A stretch of 64,000 bases of DNA from Vicugna vicugna (GCA_013265495.1 MU057711.1:1860001-1924000); one strand, 5' to 3'; counted from the first letter of the stretch, positions 50,729-64,000 are shown. Numbers and translations: made by a program. The notes: generated by a model not told the origin, from the letters alone.

Positions 50729-52839
50729 TTCCAACTTGTAAGCATGATTTTGAGTCCTCCCCTTCTCCATCTTCCCCTGAACCTCTCTCCAACTGTGGTC
50801 TTTCCCGCAACACCAGGAACAGAGCAATCGTCTCCTCATCCTGCCTGCTGGCGCAGCCTCTGAGCACACTAACCGTTTTGGCCAGGAACCAGCTACCGGT
50901 CCTGCCCTCCCACACTGCTGACCGGGGCCTTGGCCACACCACAGCGCCACCACAGAGGGCACCCCCAGTTCTGCAGAACCAAGTAACTGCAGACAGGTCT
51001 GTTTAAGAATCTCCTGGCCAAAGTCGGGTAAGGGCTAGGTGTTATAAATGTAAGCTCCAGGTAGGCAGGAGCGGTTGTCTGTTTCACTCACTACTCTACC
51101 CGCCGGGTCTAGACTAGTTCCTGGCTCATAGTAGATCCTTAAAACAATCATTCTGTGAATGAATGAATACACGTCAGGGCTGCTACTGTTCCCTTTGACC
51201 AGTAGCTGGCTTTGTTTTTCTGGTGCCTGGAGTTGTAGGCTAAGGGGCATAGGAACAGGTCATCAGTAGTTTTCAGCTCTAATAAAGGACTCTGGTAGGA
51301 CAGTTCCCCCTCGCTGTCTCTTTTACCCCCGAACCAGGTCAGGATCCAGCTGGAGGCTACCCCTCTCTTCACCTGCAGGCACTTCTTCTCAAAGCTCTTC
51401 AAACGTCACCTTGGAGGTAACCAAGACTGATTACTCAGGGAACACAATCTTCAGATCTTTATGCCCCGACAGGATCTGGAATTAGCACCAGCCCTTCCAG
51501 GAGAAAAGCACCAGGGCCTCTCCGAGGGGCTTTGGTCTTTGTGTATCGTGACCATCGGTGACAGAGCTGGTAGCAAGGGGCAAGGAGCGCTGGGCTGATG
51601 AAACTGTGGCTCCTGATGGGCAAGGAGGAGCTGTGACTCTTGACAGAAGCTCCACAACACTGTCCCTGAGTTTGCCCGGTGACACTGAGATTTGGAGCTT
51701 TACATGGACACAATGGGGGCAAGAATTTATTACTGAAATACCTACAGAATAAAGAAAATATCTTGTTATTGAGACTCTGGAATACTCGGCTGCACCCCTC
51801 TTTGCCCCTGACGCTGGCGGATGGTGTGACTTGTGGTAACACCGGGTATCCCAGAATGCGGCTGCAGACACACAGCACAGCAGACTGACGTCACAGCTGC
51901 CTCTCCAGCCTGGCCCCAGGCCTGCCCACGGTGCCCAGGGAGGCCCAGTAGCCGGTGGATGCCACCAGGGCATGGCGCGCCTCTCTCCCAGAGCTCTGCC
52001 CTCAAAGGACCAAGAGGTAGAAGTTCGGGGATGGGAGTCTGGGCTGGCTTCTGGGGGACCCCCAAAATGGGGGCATAACTTCTACGAAGTTTGTAACAAG
52101 GGCCAAAGGCACTTCTCCACACGAGACAAACAAAGAAAAAGTCGAGTCCAAATGGAGTGAAGTTTCTGAGTCTGGAGAACTCAGATGTGGTCAGCTTGAT
52201 GGGGGCTGCCCCTGCAGACAGTCAGTCAGTGAGCCAGCAGGACCTGCACAAAGGGCCACCCATCAGAGAACATGTGAGTGACCAGCAGCCAGCACCAGTC
52301 CTCTGTCCAGCCTGGGGGCTTTACTATCAGATACCCCCTGGGGCCAGCAGCCAAGCCACCACCTCCCCGGTGACCCTGGACCAGTCAGTCCCCCTTGCTA
52401 CAGAGCCCAGCCCAATCAGTGCTTTCAGACTACCCAGGGCTTCTGAAGAGGAGGTTGGAGAGGGCATGAGGGGGTTAGTGGGCAAGTAGGCTCCTTAACA
52501 GAGCACTGTGCATTTATCTGCTTTAGATACTGGCTGCAGTGGAGTATGAGGGTTTGAGGACAAGGCTGGAAACTGCTGAGCTAGATGATCTTTGGAAAAA
52601 TCTGCTTCTTTAAAATTCTGGGATGAGATGACTGGATGCTATCAAAGCACAGTGAATAGACTTGATCATCAATACCCAGCAATCTGGCATTTGATTAAAG
52701 TATTTTACTGCCTCATGGGTGCCTGCATGTAATTCCCTCCTGCTAAAGAAGACAGTATTTCCTGGCCACCTTCCTGGAAAGCCCCTCCCCAACTCTCAGT
52801 CCCAGGGCTCTGGATGGAGCTGCCCCCACCCCCTGACAC

Positions 52840-53160
52840 CTAGCTAATATGCATGTCTTTCTCCCCCTGGCCACAGTGATGCCTTCAGAGGGTAAGTCTT
52901 GGTCATGGTTGCTCCACCAGAACTCAGCCTCAGGATTAGAAAGAGTCTGCTCCTTCTCTGGGTGAGGCTGAGTTGGGAAGGTGGAAGCCCAGAGGTAAGA
53001 GACACATGTCCACACACGGTGATGGGCTTTGTGGAGATAGCCCTGGGGCATGTCCCTGGGGGACCAAGCTTGAAACCAGCCTTACTTCTCAGTTCCTTGA
53101 ACCAATGAGTCTTCTTTTATCTGCTTATCAGTTTGAATTGAGTCTATGTAGACTGAACAT
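52840..53160 (+). mobile_element. Probable MLT1-like LTR remnant
   Basis: CCCCTGGCCACAGTGAT...GAACCAAT...TGCTTATCAGTTTGAATTGAGT. Confidence 0.5.
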
Positions 53161-54289
53161 TAACTGAGGACCTACTATGTGCCAGGCAGCCCAAAGGATC
53201 ATGGCGACTTCATCTCTCAGCTAGACTGCACATGCCTCGTTGACAGGTTCTCTCACACTCGCGCACGCGCACACACACAGCCCTGGGCATATAGTAGGTA
53301 CGGGAGCACTATTTGCTGAAGAGACATGTACCCTATGGAATCTTCTAAGTGCAATGGATGACAGCAGGCAGGACTCAGACCACACCAGGAATACACAAGC
53401 ACCCAGCCTGAGGGCCAGTGTAGGATTTCCTTTTCCTCCAAGGACCTTGAGGTCCTGGTGGGTGTATATCCTGGACCCAACAACAGGAAGCCAACAGAAG
53501 CTTTGGCTGCTGCCAGGAAAGGTGCAGAAACCAGGGTCCAGCGTGGGAAGGACAGTTCAATTCCCCCCACTCCCCTAGAGCATCTCCAGGGTCCACTCAC
53601 CGAGGCTCAGCCCAGGGATGTTGCGTAGAAACACTCCTGGGTCAGGAACCACACCTGGATTCCACCCTGGCCTACCCTCGGGCACAACGGTTCAGAAAAC
53701 CAGCATGGTGGTCCGGCTGGCTGCGTGGGAAGAAAGTAAAAGAGTCCCTCCTTTTGGAGAAACCCCAGGGCTTACACAGAGACACTTATTTTCCCATGGA
53801 AAACAAAAGAAATGTGGGTTCTTCCCACCTTGACCCCTGCCTTCGATTTGGTATCTGATTTTGGAAAGACCCACAGGCACAACCGTCCGATAGCAGCACT
53901 TGCTCTACATAATCAAGGCAAGGGGGACGCATTCCGTAAACCTGCATGTTTCACCAGCATCTGAGAAACAGCTCTCCTCCACAGCACTACCAGAAGCCGG
54001 AGCACAGCCGCCCGGATAGAACCACAGCCCCAAGCACAGAGGCCAGGGAGCAGACAATTTAGGGAAGGTTCCACTCTCACCAACCGCCAGACAGACCCAG
54101 GCTGGCCAGTCACCCACCCTCCCAAATGGCAATGAGCTAGCAGGTGGACACACAGAGTCAGCATCTTCCCGAACAGTTGTGGGGAGTGACATCTCTGTAC
54201 ATGGAAACACCTCTGGAAGGCACTGGGGAAGGCAGCTATTCGAAGGGCATCCCGGCACTTCATCTTACAAATCAAAGAATGCTTTTGCT

Positions 54290-54413
54290 GGGGAGGGTAT
54301 AGCTCAGTGGTAGAGGGCATGCCTAGCACGCACGAGGGCCTGGGTTCAATCCCCAGTACCTCCATTAAAAATAAATAAATAAATAAATAATTGCCTCACC
54401 CCACAAAATCAAA
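54290..54413 (+). mobile_element. tRNA-Ala-derived SINE (vic-1-like) with 14-bp TSD
   Basis: Full head and (TAAA)n tail. TSD AAAGAA(T/C)GCTTTTG at 54274-54287 and 54414-54427, differing by one CpG transition. Confidence 0.93.
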
Positions 54414-55129
54414 AAAGAACGCTTTTGTGAAGTGAGTGCCTTCTGCAAAGAATCAACGTTTATTTAAATAAGCAGTTTCCACACCCCTAGCACCCAGAAG
54501 GGTCCTCACACATAGCACACACTTGATAAATATTTGCTGAACAGATAAACCATTCCTTCCTTCTCTACCACCCTCTTCTGATTACACATTAACTGAAGAC
54601 CTACTATGTCCAGGCACGCTTCCTGGAGCTTTTATTTTGCCATCTCATACCTCAGAGCCCCTCACTCATGGCATTGCCACCATCTACCTTACTGCAGCCA
54701 CCTCCTTCCCTCTCAGGGGCTGCCTCCTCCAGGGACAAGCTCATCAAATATTCATCGAGCACCTACGTGTTCCAGCCACAGGCCAATGCAGCCCTTGGGA
54801 CAGAGGGGAGAACAGCACCCCAAGCCTCAGCGTCAAGGATGCACGTCCTCACCAGTGCGACAGGCTGGCGAGCACTTTGGTCTTGGCCAATCTGGTATGC
54901 CAAGAGTGGGGTCTTCCTGCGGTTTAAATGGACAGTTCTCTGAATGATAAAGCAGGTTCTGAACCTTCCTCACTGTTTAAAATCCCACTCCAATTTCTTC
55001 ATCTGGTTCCATTTCTGTCCTGTGCATGTGGGAGATATTAAAAAATATCTAAAGACTAGTGTGGCACCGACCAATCTGAGCGGGCGCTGGCTTCGGGCAG
55101 ACAGGCCTTCGTCCCGCTCCTCTGCTGAC

Positions 55130-56010
55130 TTACTGGGTACGTTCTCAGTGTTGGTGGGCACTCCTTACACACTAAGGGAAAGAGCTTTTGCCTGTGATGT
55201 GTGTCTTCAGTTTGATTTACTGCAGTTTTGGCAATGCAGAAGTGTTTTATTTTTATGTAGTTGAATATTTCTGTCTTTTGTTTTATGGCTTTTGGGTTTA
55301 GGGTTATATTTAGAAAAGGCTTCCCCACTCTGATACTATTTTTTTTTAATACTCACTTATGTTTTCTTTCAGTATTTTTAAGTTTCCTTTTTATGTTTAG
55401 ATTTCTGATCCATCTGGGATTTGTTCTGGCGTTAGGAGGCACGAGGGATCCAGCTTCCTTTTTCAGGATGGCCACCACTCCACCCCAGTCCCAGGTGCTG
55501 GGCGATCTTTCTGTCCTCCACTGACCTGCAATGACACCTTTCTCATACGCTAAGTTCCCAGCTTCATTCAGGTCCACTCCTGATCTCTTTTCCATTTCCC
55601 TCATCTGTCCCACAATGCTTAGAATCCTACAGCTTCAGAACGTGTTTTAAAATCTGATCTAGTTACCAGGCCTGCCCATCATTCCTCTTTTTTTTGAATT
55701 TTCCTTCCCACCCTTGCCTGCCTATTTTTCCTTTGGAACTTTAGAATCAGCTTGCCCATTTCTAAATAAATCCTACTGTCACTTTCATTGGCTAGTATTA
55801 AGTTAATGGGTTAATAAGAGAAATTGATGTATTTCTGATATAGAAGTCTTTCCACTCAAGAACAAGGTCTGCCTTTTCATTCATTTAAGTCCCTTTGTGC
55901 CCCTAGTGGTTGACTCTGTTTGTCTGTCCTCTCCAAATATTTGAATGTTGCTTCCTGGGTTTGTTCCTGGTCCTATACATTGTGTGGCTAAGGTAAGCAG
56001 GCTTTTTTTT
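55130..56010 (-). mobile_element. Old LINE-1 ORF2 fragment (L1M type), degenerate
   Basis: Minus-strand peptides NARTNPRWIRNLNIK and MGKPFLNITLNPKAIKQKTEIFNYIKIKHFCIAK resemble the L1 ORF2 C-terminal motifs KINSRWIKDLNV and GKDFM..TPKA..K.KID.WD.IKLKSFCTAK. Confidence 0.85.
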
Positions 56011-56739
56011 TTTTCAACTCCACATTTTCTGAGCGGACGTTGTTTGCATGCAGGAAGGGTCTTGATGTGGGGATATTAATTGTGCTTGAGCCCCCAGGCC
56101 TTTTGCACTGCGAGATGCCGGCTGACACCAAGGCTCTGTGAGCGCTCCCCACGGGCAGGAGGAACTCGCGCCCTGCACCTGTGCACTTGGCAGGGCATCA
56201 TCCAGCGGCTGGCCCGTGCACCCACTCTGTTTTGCCCAAATGGAACCAGTATGAGGGGCGCCCCAAGCGATAAGGCAGGGAGGGGCCCCAGTCACGCTGC
56301 TGGAGCAAGAAAGGGCCTGAGCAGGCACACAAAGGCAAGCTCTGGCCAGCCAGCAGACAGGAACAAGGCTGCCAAAGGTGCCAGCCTCCACGCAGCCCAA
56401 GCCCTGTAATTAGGGCCCACAGGTCACTCTGGCCGCAGCTGAACAAACCAGGGTGTAATTAGCTTTCCACCCAGCTTTTTACACAGCAGCATTTCACCTT
56501 CGCCAGGAAAGGAGGGTCTGCCTTTTCAAAAGGGCTGGGGAAATATTCCTTCATCCCAATCCTCAGGAAAGGCAGGGGGAGTGAGGAAATTAACCCATAG
56601 GGAGCACATTTTTCGCTGTTGTTATTTGAACAAATTCCTCCCTCTTTTTTTTTTTTTTAAGTTGAGCCATCAAAAAAGCTGTATCTGTCTTGAGTTTAGT
56701 TAGAAACTGCTCACTGTCCCCAGCCTGTGTTCCTAGCAC

Positions 56740-56890
56740 GAGCTGTACAGACCTCAAATCTTAGCTCAAGCTCTGTAACCTTGAGCAAGATCCCCTAACT
56801 CTGAGCCTCAGTTGTCCAATGTGTAAAATGGGGAGGAATGATGAAAAATAGGAGCTCCCTGCTGGGATTGTTGTGAAGATGAGGTGAGGT
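56740..56890 (+). mobile_element. MIR SINE fragment, followed by an L2 tail in the opposite orientation
   Basis: TGTAACCTTGAGCAAG...CTCTGAGCCTCAGTT...TGTAAAATGGGG...GGATTGTTGTGAAGAT. Confidence 0.75.
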
Positions 56891-59464
56891 CATTCCTTCA
56901 TTCGGCAAGTATGTATTAAGCACCACTGTGGGTCAGGTGCTGGGTCAGGACCTAATAGGGAACAAACCAGACATGACTCTTATCTTCACGAAGCCCGGTA
57001 ATAGCAGGGGAGATGGGAGAGAAACACATGGAAAACAATCACAGAATAATTACAGGCTCATTGACTGCTGCAGACTGAGTGGGGCAGGGGCTGCAGAGAG
57101 AGCCATGGGGTCGTCTGTGGGGGCACGTTCCAGGGTGGTGATCTCAGGGCCTGACACGTGACAGGTACTCAAAATACAAAGAATGTCAGGACTGCAGCCC
57201 CCTGAGAGTCCCTGGAGGGTGGCAGGGCCCCTGTGTACTTCAAGGCTGCCCCTCTGTGCCCACTGAGGACCTGGCCTGAGTCGGAGATGAAGAAATGACA
57301 CCTGGAGAGAAGAAACCAATTTTTGGCTCCCACCTGGTCCTGAAGACAATTTCTATTTGTGGAGCAAGTGCCTGGACCCCAGAGTTAGAAACCTCAGTCT
57401 TTCTAAAGAGACTCCATCTGCCTTTCCTTGCCTATCACAAAACCCCAAATCATGCCAGCAGTGCCTTTGGCAAAGAGGTTAGGGACCTCCAGAAGCCGCC
57501 AGGCACTCCAGCCCTGGGGACCCGCAGTGTTGCAGGGTCTGCACACCACACAGCCCTGCTGACAGCCGCTCCCAACAGTTAGGAAAGGCAGGTCTAAAGC
57601 ACTACCGTGTAGATCCAGCACCCAAACGTCCTCGGGCAGTCAGCCTCATTAATTCGGGCCAACTCGAGGTCAGTCTAAATCACAGAGTATCCTTAAAAGG
57701 TAGGTTTTGTACCAGGAAGTGGTAAAACATTCCACCTGAATCCAGATTGGAGGTCCATGGGTGACCTGCTTCAATGAGCACATAAAAATTGGAATCGGCC
57801 CCTGAGTAAATCAGACCTCTCGCGCCTGCTTCCATAGTGCCCAGGGAAGTTCCCAGAGATACTTTCTAAAGCACTTGACACCCTCCTGGCTCCTAGAAAG
57901 TAACGGAAAACACCCCCTGCAATCATTTATAGGGCCCAAACAGGTTTGGCCAATCCTGCATAGATTGCACCAATGTAAACTTCAGTTCACTCCCCGTTCC
58001 CAACGTTATTCGAGTTGTTGGGACCAAAATGAATGGGGACTTTATCATCAGTCCAGAAAGCCGCCCAGTGCTCTGACCATTTCCCCACTTGGTATTCACA
58101 AACGATGCTCCATCAGGAACAGACAAGCCCATCACACATCAAGGCAGCCTTTATCTACTCTGCTGCAAAAATCTTAAATCTACCGGCACCTTGGTCTACA
58201 TGTGCTGTTTTTATGGTATATGGACCCAGAATTACCCACTCGAGCACTGCTGCTTTAAGAAAGAGGGCCCCCCCCGAAGAGGGTAACGGAGAAGACCACG
58301 TCTCAACGTGGGGATCCACGCAGAAAATGCTGAACAACAAATGCCAAACACAAGATGGTAAGTGCCCACGACTCCAGGCGTGTAAACATTTGTTATCCTG
58401 TGGGCAGGGGCTGGAGGGGAACAAAGAGAAATCAAACAGCTGGTGGGGGCGGGAGCATCAGCAGAGAGGACTGGATCTTTGCTTGTTTCATTTTGTTTCA
58501 TAAAGATGCAACGTCTGATGCCTTGTGGGTTTAAGGTCGGTTTCTCTGTAGACACGAATGAGAGACAGTGTGTGACAGAGAGAGGGAGGGAGGGAGAGAG
58601 AGAGAGAAATATGAGCAGGTCTTAATGGAGTTGTCTTGAGTTCTCGAAGTCCATGCTTCAACAACCCCTCCTGGAAGCAGCATCACCACTTTTGCTGAGG
58701 GCCAACGAAACCTCTGGAAATGAGGATTCTTCAAGGCAGACAGCCCCAGCTCCAGGCGGGGATGGGGGGCTTCTTAAGAATGCCATCACAACCATTCTTG
58801 TGGTATGCTGTCCTTTCTGTGAAGAGCATCCCCACCTCAGAAAATCTCCAGACCTCACAGCACTCTCCCCGATTTTGATGGAACAAGTCAGCCCCCCACC
58901 CCCACCTCAACTGCCATAGAAGGAGCCCAGAGCTGGAGCAGTTTTAAAAAGGACCACATTCGAGATGATGCCCCCCCAAAACATCCGCCCCCTCCACACA
59001 GCCTCTTCCCAACACACTGACCACCTGGAAGGGCTGAGCTTCCCGGACGCACCTGCTTGGGGAGGGGTGTGCTGCGTCCATATTCTAGGGGTGGCCGCCC
59101 TCTGCAGGGGGCGAGCATTGTTCCCACCCAAAGCCAGATTCCGACTGACCGGTGCCGGTGCCGCTGCCCTCGGGCCCCAAATCCTGAACAGCAGGGAAGC
59201 CCCACCTTCCCTGTTAACAAGACTCACTTGTTCCTTCAGAAGCGTACCTGCCAAGCATACGGAACCCTCCCGGCTCAGCTGAGCGGGGCCCTCTCTGAAG
59301 TCCCTCTCTGAAATGGTCTCTGTGGGGCTGTCTCGTGTCCACCTTTCCCTCCAGAGTGTCACTCCACGAGGCAGTGACACCCACCTGCGTGGTCCCGACG
59401 CTGCGACCAGGTGACCAACGATGAGCGCCCAACAGACCCAGAGGTCCTGCTGTTGCATTTTTGC

Positions 59465-59648
59465 ACCAGTTCCAAACTTTTAAAGCAGAAGCCAATTTCT
59501 GAACATCTTATGCTAAAGCCCAATGTATAAAACAGCCTTTTTAAGGGGACAGCTCTAGGTGTCAGAGCCCCCTCCATCGAACCAGCCCGATAAACACCCC
59601 CGATAGTCCCAGAGACACCTCTGGGGACACGGTTTGAAAAACCACTGC
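59465..59648. mobile_element. hAT-Charlie-type DNA transposon remnant
   Basis: Starts CCAAACTTTTAAAGCAGAA and ends ACACGGTTTGAAAAACCACTG, typical Charlie termini. Confidence 0.5.
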
Positions 59649-61897
59649 ACAATCCAATGGTGCGGAGGCATCCAGGTAGGAGCCTGTTTTGACTGATATG
59701 CCCGCAATTCCTGGTGGTTTATCCCGTCCCTGGGTAATCCTCAGAACCGGGGGAAAGGAAGTCCTCACATACCGCTTCCACGGTAGGGGGACTTGCCCAG
59801 ACTGTGCCACACCTTCACGGGTGGTAATGAATTTCTCAGGGATGCTAGCCGTCTAACAGAGGCGAGGTCATTTCTTATACTCTTTCAAGGAATCTATGAC
59901 TCCCTTCCAATGCGCCAGGGTTTGGAGGTATTCCTGGCCCCCACATCCCAATGGAGGCTGTCAGTGGGGTCCTGTCAGGAAGCAGGCAGGGGAATCAGTG
60001 AATACCACCAGAGTCGATAAGGATGGCTGGAGACTCTGCAAATGGGGCTGCCATGAGTTCAGCCGAAGTCTGAGGGTGTGTGGAGAAGAGACGACCACTG
60101 GGAAGGGTTTCCTGCCCAGGACTGAAGCACAATTAGCTGCAGTTTCTTCTTTCCAACACAGATCCCTACCTACAGCCCCAAAGTCTCACATATTCCCTTC
60201 TCCACCTAGAAATACCACCATTCTCAAAAGTGCCATAAGAGACAGAAGAATCTCCTCCATTCTGAGGAACTGGAAGAAGGGACAGCCTGAGTAGTGCCAG
60301 AGGTGGGACCCCACTCACTCCAAGAGCTGCAGGGACGCAACAAAGCATCACTTAGCAGCGGTCCTGGGGGGCCCTGCTTTACCGACTAGACAAGCACAGT
60401 GTGTTCTTTCACATTTAGAGAATAAAGAGAATAGCTTTTAATGAGAAAGTCAATTAACTGTTTTTAAAGTAAGTGACAATATCTCATTCTCTTATAGTTA
60501 AGATTTCACCTCAGTTCTTGGCTAAATCAAGAACTATGCAACATCTGCTGTTTTCTCAGAACGAGGGACCATAGCCCAGGGTCCTGACAAAGCTCCATCA
60601 CCAAATCACTATGTGACCTTGGTTCAGCAGTCACCTTTCCCTCTCAATGCCTCAGTACTTCCCACCAGGAAATAAGAGGACTGGAAAAGCCAATCCCATA
60701 GGTCCCTTCCAATACTGACTCTAAACTTACAAACTGGCCATTGCCTCTGCCTATGATTGAAATATCACAAATCCCAAATGACTGAGGTTTGGTTTGCTGA
60801 GCCCCCCAAAAGTGCAAAACTGTAAGAGTCCTCCTGGGTCTATTGTTTTGGGTATCAATTCCCTCTAGAGGTGGAGCATGAGGACTTGGACTAGCCAGGG
60901 CTATGCGGGTACAGATGTCACTAGAGGAAAAGTCATAGTAAAGTTCCCCAAACACTTGACTTTTAAACTTCCAAGATGGCATGAAAGGCAGAAGAAGCAA
61001 GAGTCTGAGTCCCCACCTATCTCCTACCAGCAAATTTTCCCCCAAAACAGATGTCAGGTCCTCTTTAGAATACTGGTCTGAGATTTTAGGCTCTCTCCCC
61101 ACAAACTAGCATCCAAAGGATTTCACCAACAACCACAATGGACGGAGATGTCTCAGATAGCTGTGTAAGGAACAAGGATGCTCTGGACTCTCTGCTCAGA
61201 GCCTGGAAACATGTCAACCTACCCATGTAGCATGGCTACCATACTCCAGGGAATACACATGCCCCCCCATCCCTCCACCCCACACACCCCACGTATCCCA
61301 GACACACAGACACACATAACTCATGAAGTCTTAAATCATTTCTATAAACTGCAGCCTTGCCCACCCTCTCTGGCAACAGTCAGGTCTAGCAGAAACTGCT
61401 CCCAGCCACACTTCTCCTACCCACAGAAGCAGGAGGACAGGTGCAGAGGTGGAACCGGGTCCCTTTCTGCACACATTCCTCTTGGTCTTTGAAGTCCTCC
61501 CTGTCCCATTACACACCCTGCCTCGGAGCTCACTCCTTCATGCAGCTTTCCACACTTAAGCTGCTTAACTTTGCACTAATAACCTCTTAATTGCTGGGAT
61601 TCCAAAAGGCCTTCCAGAAATCCAGGGTGCAGACCTACCCACTTATGGCCCACATGCTATAGACTGCAATTTTGGGGGAGCAAGAACAGGGCACCTCCAC
61701 CTAACTCCTGCCTGCCGGAAAGCTGTTGCTTTTATTTTTAATTTTGTTTAAAAGGGTACCCAAGACACCACAATAAAATGACATTAACTGTAAAATTACA
61801 TTATTAATTCTTTAATCTCACTTGAGGCTTCAAGCTGTTGCTATGTCCAATTATCCGTGTAACCACCTGTCAGAATCCCGGTGCTATTTAGCATTAC

Positions 61898-62098
61898 CTC
61901 CAGGACAGCGGTGGGCCCGGTGGTCTGTCAGGTCTGCCAGAGACTCGAAGTCCTGCTGACAGTGATCGCAGGTGTAAATTGACTCATCCTCCATGTCTTC
62001 ATCGTCCTCATTTCTCTCCTCTTGACTTGTCACGCTGTTCCTGTCTTCCAGCGCACGGCTGGTTTTTCGATCACACTCCGGCTCTCCTTCTAGGCCTC
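61898..62098 (-). CDS. ZNF423: ZNF423 internal coding exon (equivalent to human exon 3), 201 bp, phase 1/1; acidic N-terminal region plus first atypical zinc finger
   Basis: Translation (G)[66 protein letters not shown] matches the ZNF423/Zfp423 N-terminus as I recall it. Acceptor on the minus strand is ...tattcttcctgttggcAG|GA with a CTGAC branch motif about 28 nt upstream. Donor is GGAG|GTaatgc. Length is divisible by 3. Confidence 0.97.
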
Positions 62099-64000
62099 CT
62101 GCCAACAGGAAGAATACAGTCCACGTCAGCTGACGGGGTCTTGGGAAAGGATTTTAAAAGAATTGCCCCGCATTTATTAAGATACATTTAATTACTCTAC
62201 CTCCCAGGGTCCATTATTGTTGACACCTCTCAGTATATTAATATATGGGGGTTTTTTGTAGCATGTGGTTTCATAATTCTCAGCTAGATTATTTAATTCT
62301 TGGTGCAAATCTTCTAGAGGGATTTCCTGTCATCTTTCCTCTGCGCATGGATGCTGGGGGTCGTGACTCACCAGGGAGGTGAAAATGCCTTAGCGTTCTG
62401 TCTCCTAAAAACCTAATTCTCTTACACACTTGTGCAGAGTTTCCATCAGCCATTCCTAATGCACCTAAACTTTCAGTTTCCCCTAAAGCCTTGCAGTTTA
62501 GAGCTGAGAGGTCTCCTAGCCAGGTTCACCTTCCACACAACACGCCTCCCACAGTGGCGATGTTGGCTCAGTTCTTTGCAAAGATGTCCTGATTCTGGAA
62601 TCAAGGAAGCATGGGTGTTTACAGGACTACTGACTGTCAAACCGCTGCTTAAAATACACCTGAGTCCTCACTTGTGCCCTAGTATCAGCCTAGACAGTGA
62701 GAACCAGCCTTGGAATCATTCGGCCAACTTCTTTAAAACAAAATACCTGTTCTGCCCTTAGCACTGCACAGACAAGTGGCTAAACTGCACAGAAAAGTGA
62801 GCTAATGGCCATGATAACAAGGCCTTGTCTTTGCATAGCGTTCTGTGCATTTTCAAAGCCACAAATACATACACGTAGCCCCATTTCACTCAAGCGACCA
62901 TGTGGTCCTGCCCCCTGCCCGTGGAGAGGGACAGCTTTGTTATTCCCATTTCACAGGTAAGGCACCTGGCATCTGGCCAGGAGGATGCAACATCCCCAGC
63001 ACCCTACAGATGTTTACCTCGACATCCTGACTCTTGCCTAGTGCATTTCCCCGCACAGCTGGGGGAAATGGAGCACAGCCTCAATCTGAGCAATTAATAG
63101 GACACATCAAAAACTTGTAAAGCCAAGTGCAAAAAAAGCATGGTAAATACAATACACAGAACATATCAGTAATCCCAATAAATGTCAGTGGATTAAAGCT
63201 GCCCATTAAAATACAGAGACTCAGACTGGAAAAATCAAAGCATGTGTTGTCTCTTCCCACAGTCTGTCCTGGAAAACAGATGTACCCATGCAGAAACTAG
63301 CACTAATTTAAACTAAAGACAAAAATCTCTGTTGTGTGTAAAGATGTTGATGCAAACATGAATGCATAGGCAAGGTGTGTGTATGCACCTGTGTATTGCC
63401 CATAACATCCCAGTTACAGAAAAAGGCTTCAGCACACAACCTTTAAATCCCCGAGGACTGGTCGCCAAAGCCAGAAAGAGAAACGAAGCCAAGAATGCAT
63501 TCAGTTCAAGGTGGAAGCCACAGTCCCATAAATATTTCAATTTAGAAACAGATAATGTTATAAGGGGTCTGTTTCTCCTGTCTGCACAGAACACGCACTT
63601 CCAAGCACCCGACCTCAAGAACCTACGAACACAAATCAGCTCACCGGAGAGCCAGCTGCCGCCTTCCGAGGCGGGGAACGTGGCATGACACGCTGCTTGG
63701 AACTGCGCGGAGGCAGTAAAAATCAATGTTTCCATTTGTGGCCCATCAAAACATCTCTCTTCTTACCAATTAAGGGATGTACAATTTTTAGGTTCTTTTA
63801 TTATCAGAATATGCCAACTCCCGGCAATACAGAAATCCCATTAAAAGGCAGCCAGCATATTTATCTCAGGAAATCTGATCCGCTGCTGTGGCGACGGCAA
63901 GAAATAGAAAGCAAAGAAATGAGAAATATCATTTGGAGCCTTCGATATTATAAGTCATCCCACAACCATGGTTACACAGTCAAGCACCTGTCTCTGAAAT
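62099..64000 (-). other. ZNF423: ZNF423 upstream intron (3' end, equivalent to intron 2)
   Basis: AG acceptor at 62100-62099, with pyrimidine tract and branch-point motif. Confidence 0.9.
63160..63255 (+). mobile_element. LINE-1 fragment (start of ORF2 endonuclease)
   Basis: From 63163 it translates to ISVIPINVSGLKLPIKIQRL, similar to L1 EN ISIITLNVNGLNSPIKRQRL. Confidence 0.7.

Larger units (their letters stand above)
1..61897 (-). other. ZNF423: ZNF423 large intron downstream of the 201-bp exon (equivalent to intron 3); continues past the window edge
   Basis: GT donor at 61897-61896. The next coding sequence (DGDDDPQLSW..., the large zinc-finger exon) is not in the window. Confidence 0.9.

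Noticed and set aside
51107..51114. Palindromic SMAD element GTCTAGAC
   Set aside because: An isolated 8-mer inside an L2 3' remnant, expected by chance.
54293..54364. Apparent tRNA-Ala(AGC) gene (also at about 21430, 23490-23563 and 29910)
   Set aside because: These are SINE heads. They have mismatches in the acceptor and anticodon stems, shared A-rich tails, TSDs at three of the four copies and several dispersed copies.
61884..62105. 73-aa ORF read as a stand-alone gene
   Set aside because: It is the ZNF423 internal exon. The ORF ends extend into intron, and the true limits are 62098-61898.

Overview
Mammalian genomic DNA, almost certainly camelid (camel, alpaca or llama). The only young SINEs are four copies of a tRNA-Ala-derived, vic-1-like element, and I see no Alu, B1/B2, Bov-A/BovB or PRE-1. 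The window lies inside ZNF423 (ZFP423/OAZ), transcribed on the minus strand. The only recognisable coding sequence is a 201-bp internal exon (62098-61898, phase 1/1), equivalent to human exon 3. It encodes the acidic N-terminal segment and the first, atypical zinc finger. Positions 1-61897 are the large downstream intron and 62099-64000 the upstream intron. These carry MIR, L2, old L1, MLT1 LTR and DNA-transposon remnants, microsatellites and several repeat-poor blocks that look regulatory. All other ORFs in the track look spurious. Main observations: (1) a degenerate array with ~53-bp period carrying CCC-NN-GGG palindromes that resemble ZNF423/EBF sites (38.15-38.35 kb), a candidate autoregulatory element; (2) about 0.85 kb away, a candidate 198-nt poison exon or alternative first exon (37323-37126); (3) a CpG-rich candidate alternative first exon ending in a perfect donor at 6250; (4) a recent ~155-bp tandem duplication; (5) an inverted SINE pair; (6) TCF/SOX, DR1 and ETS-CRE motif clusters. 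Repeat family names come from recalled consensus sequences and their boundaries are approximate. Regulatory calls are inferences that need data.
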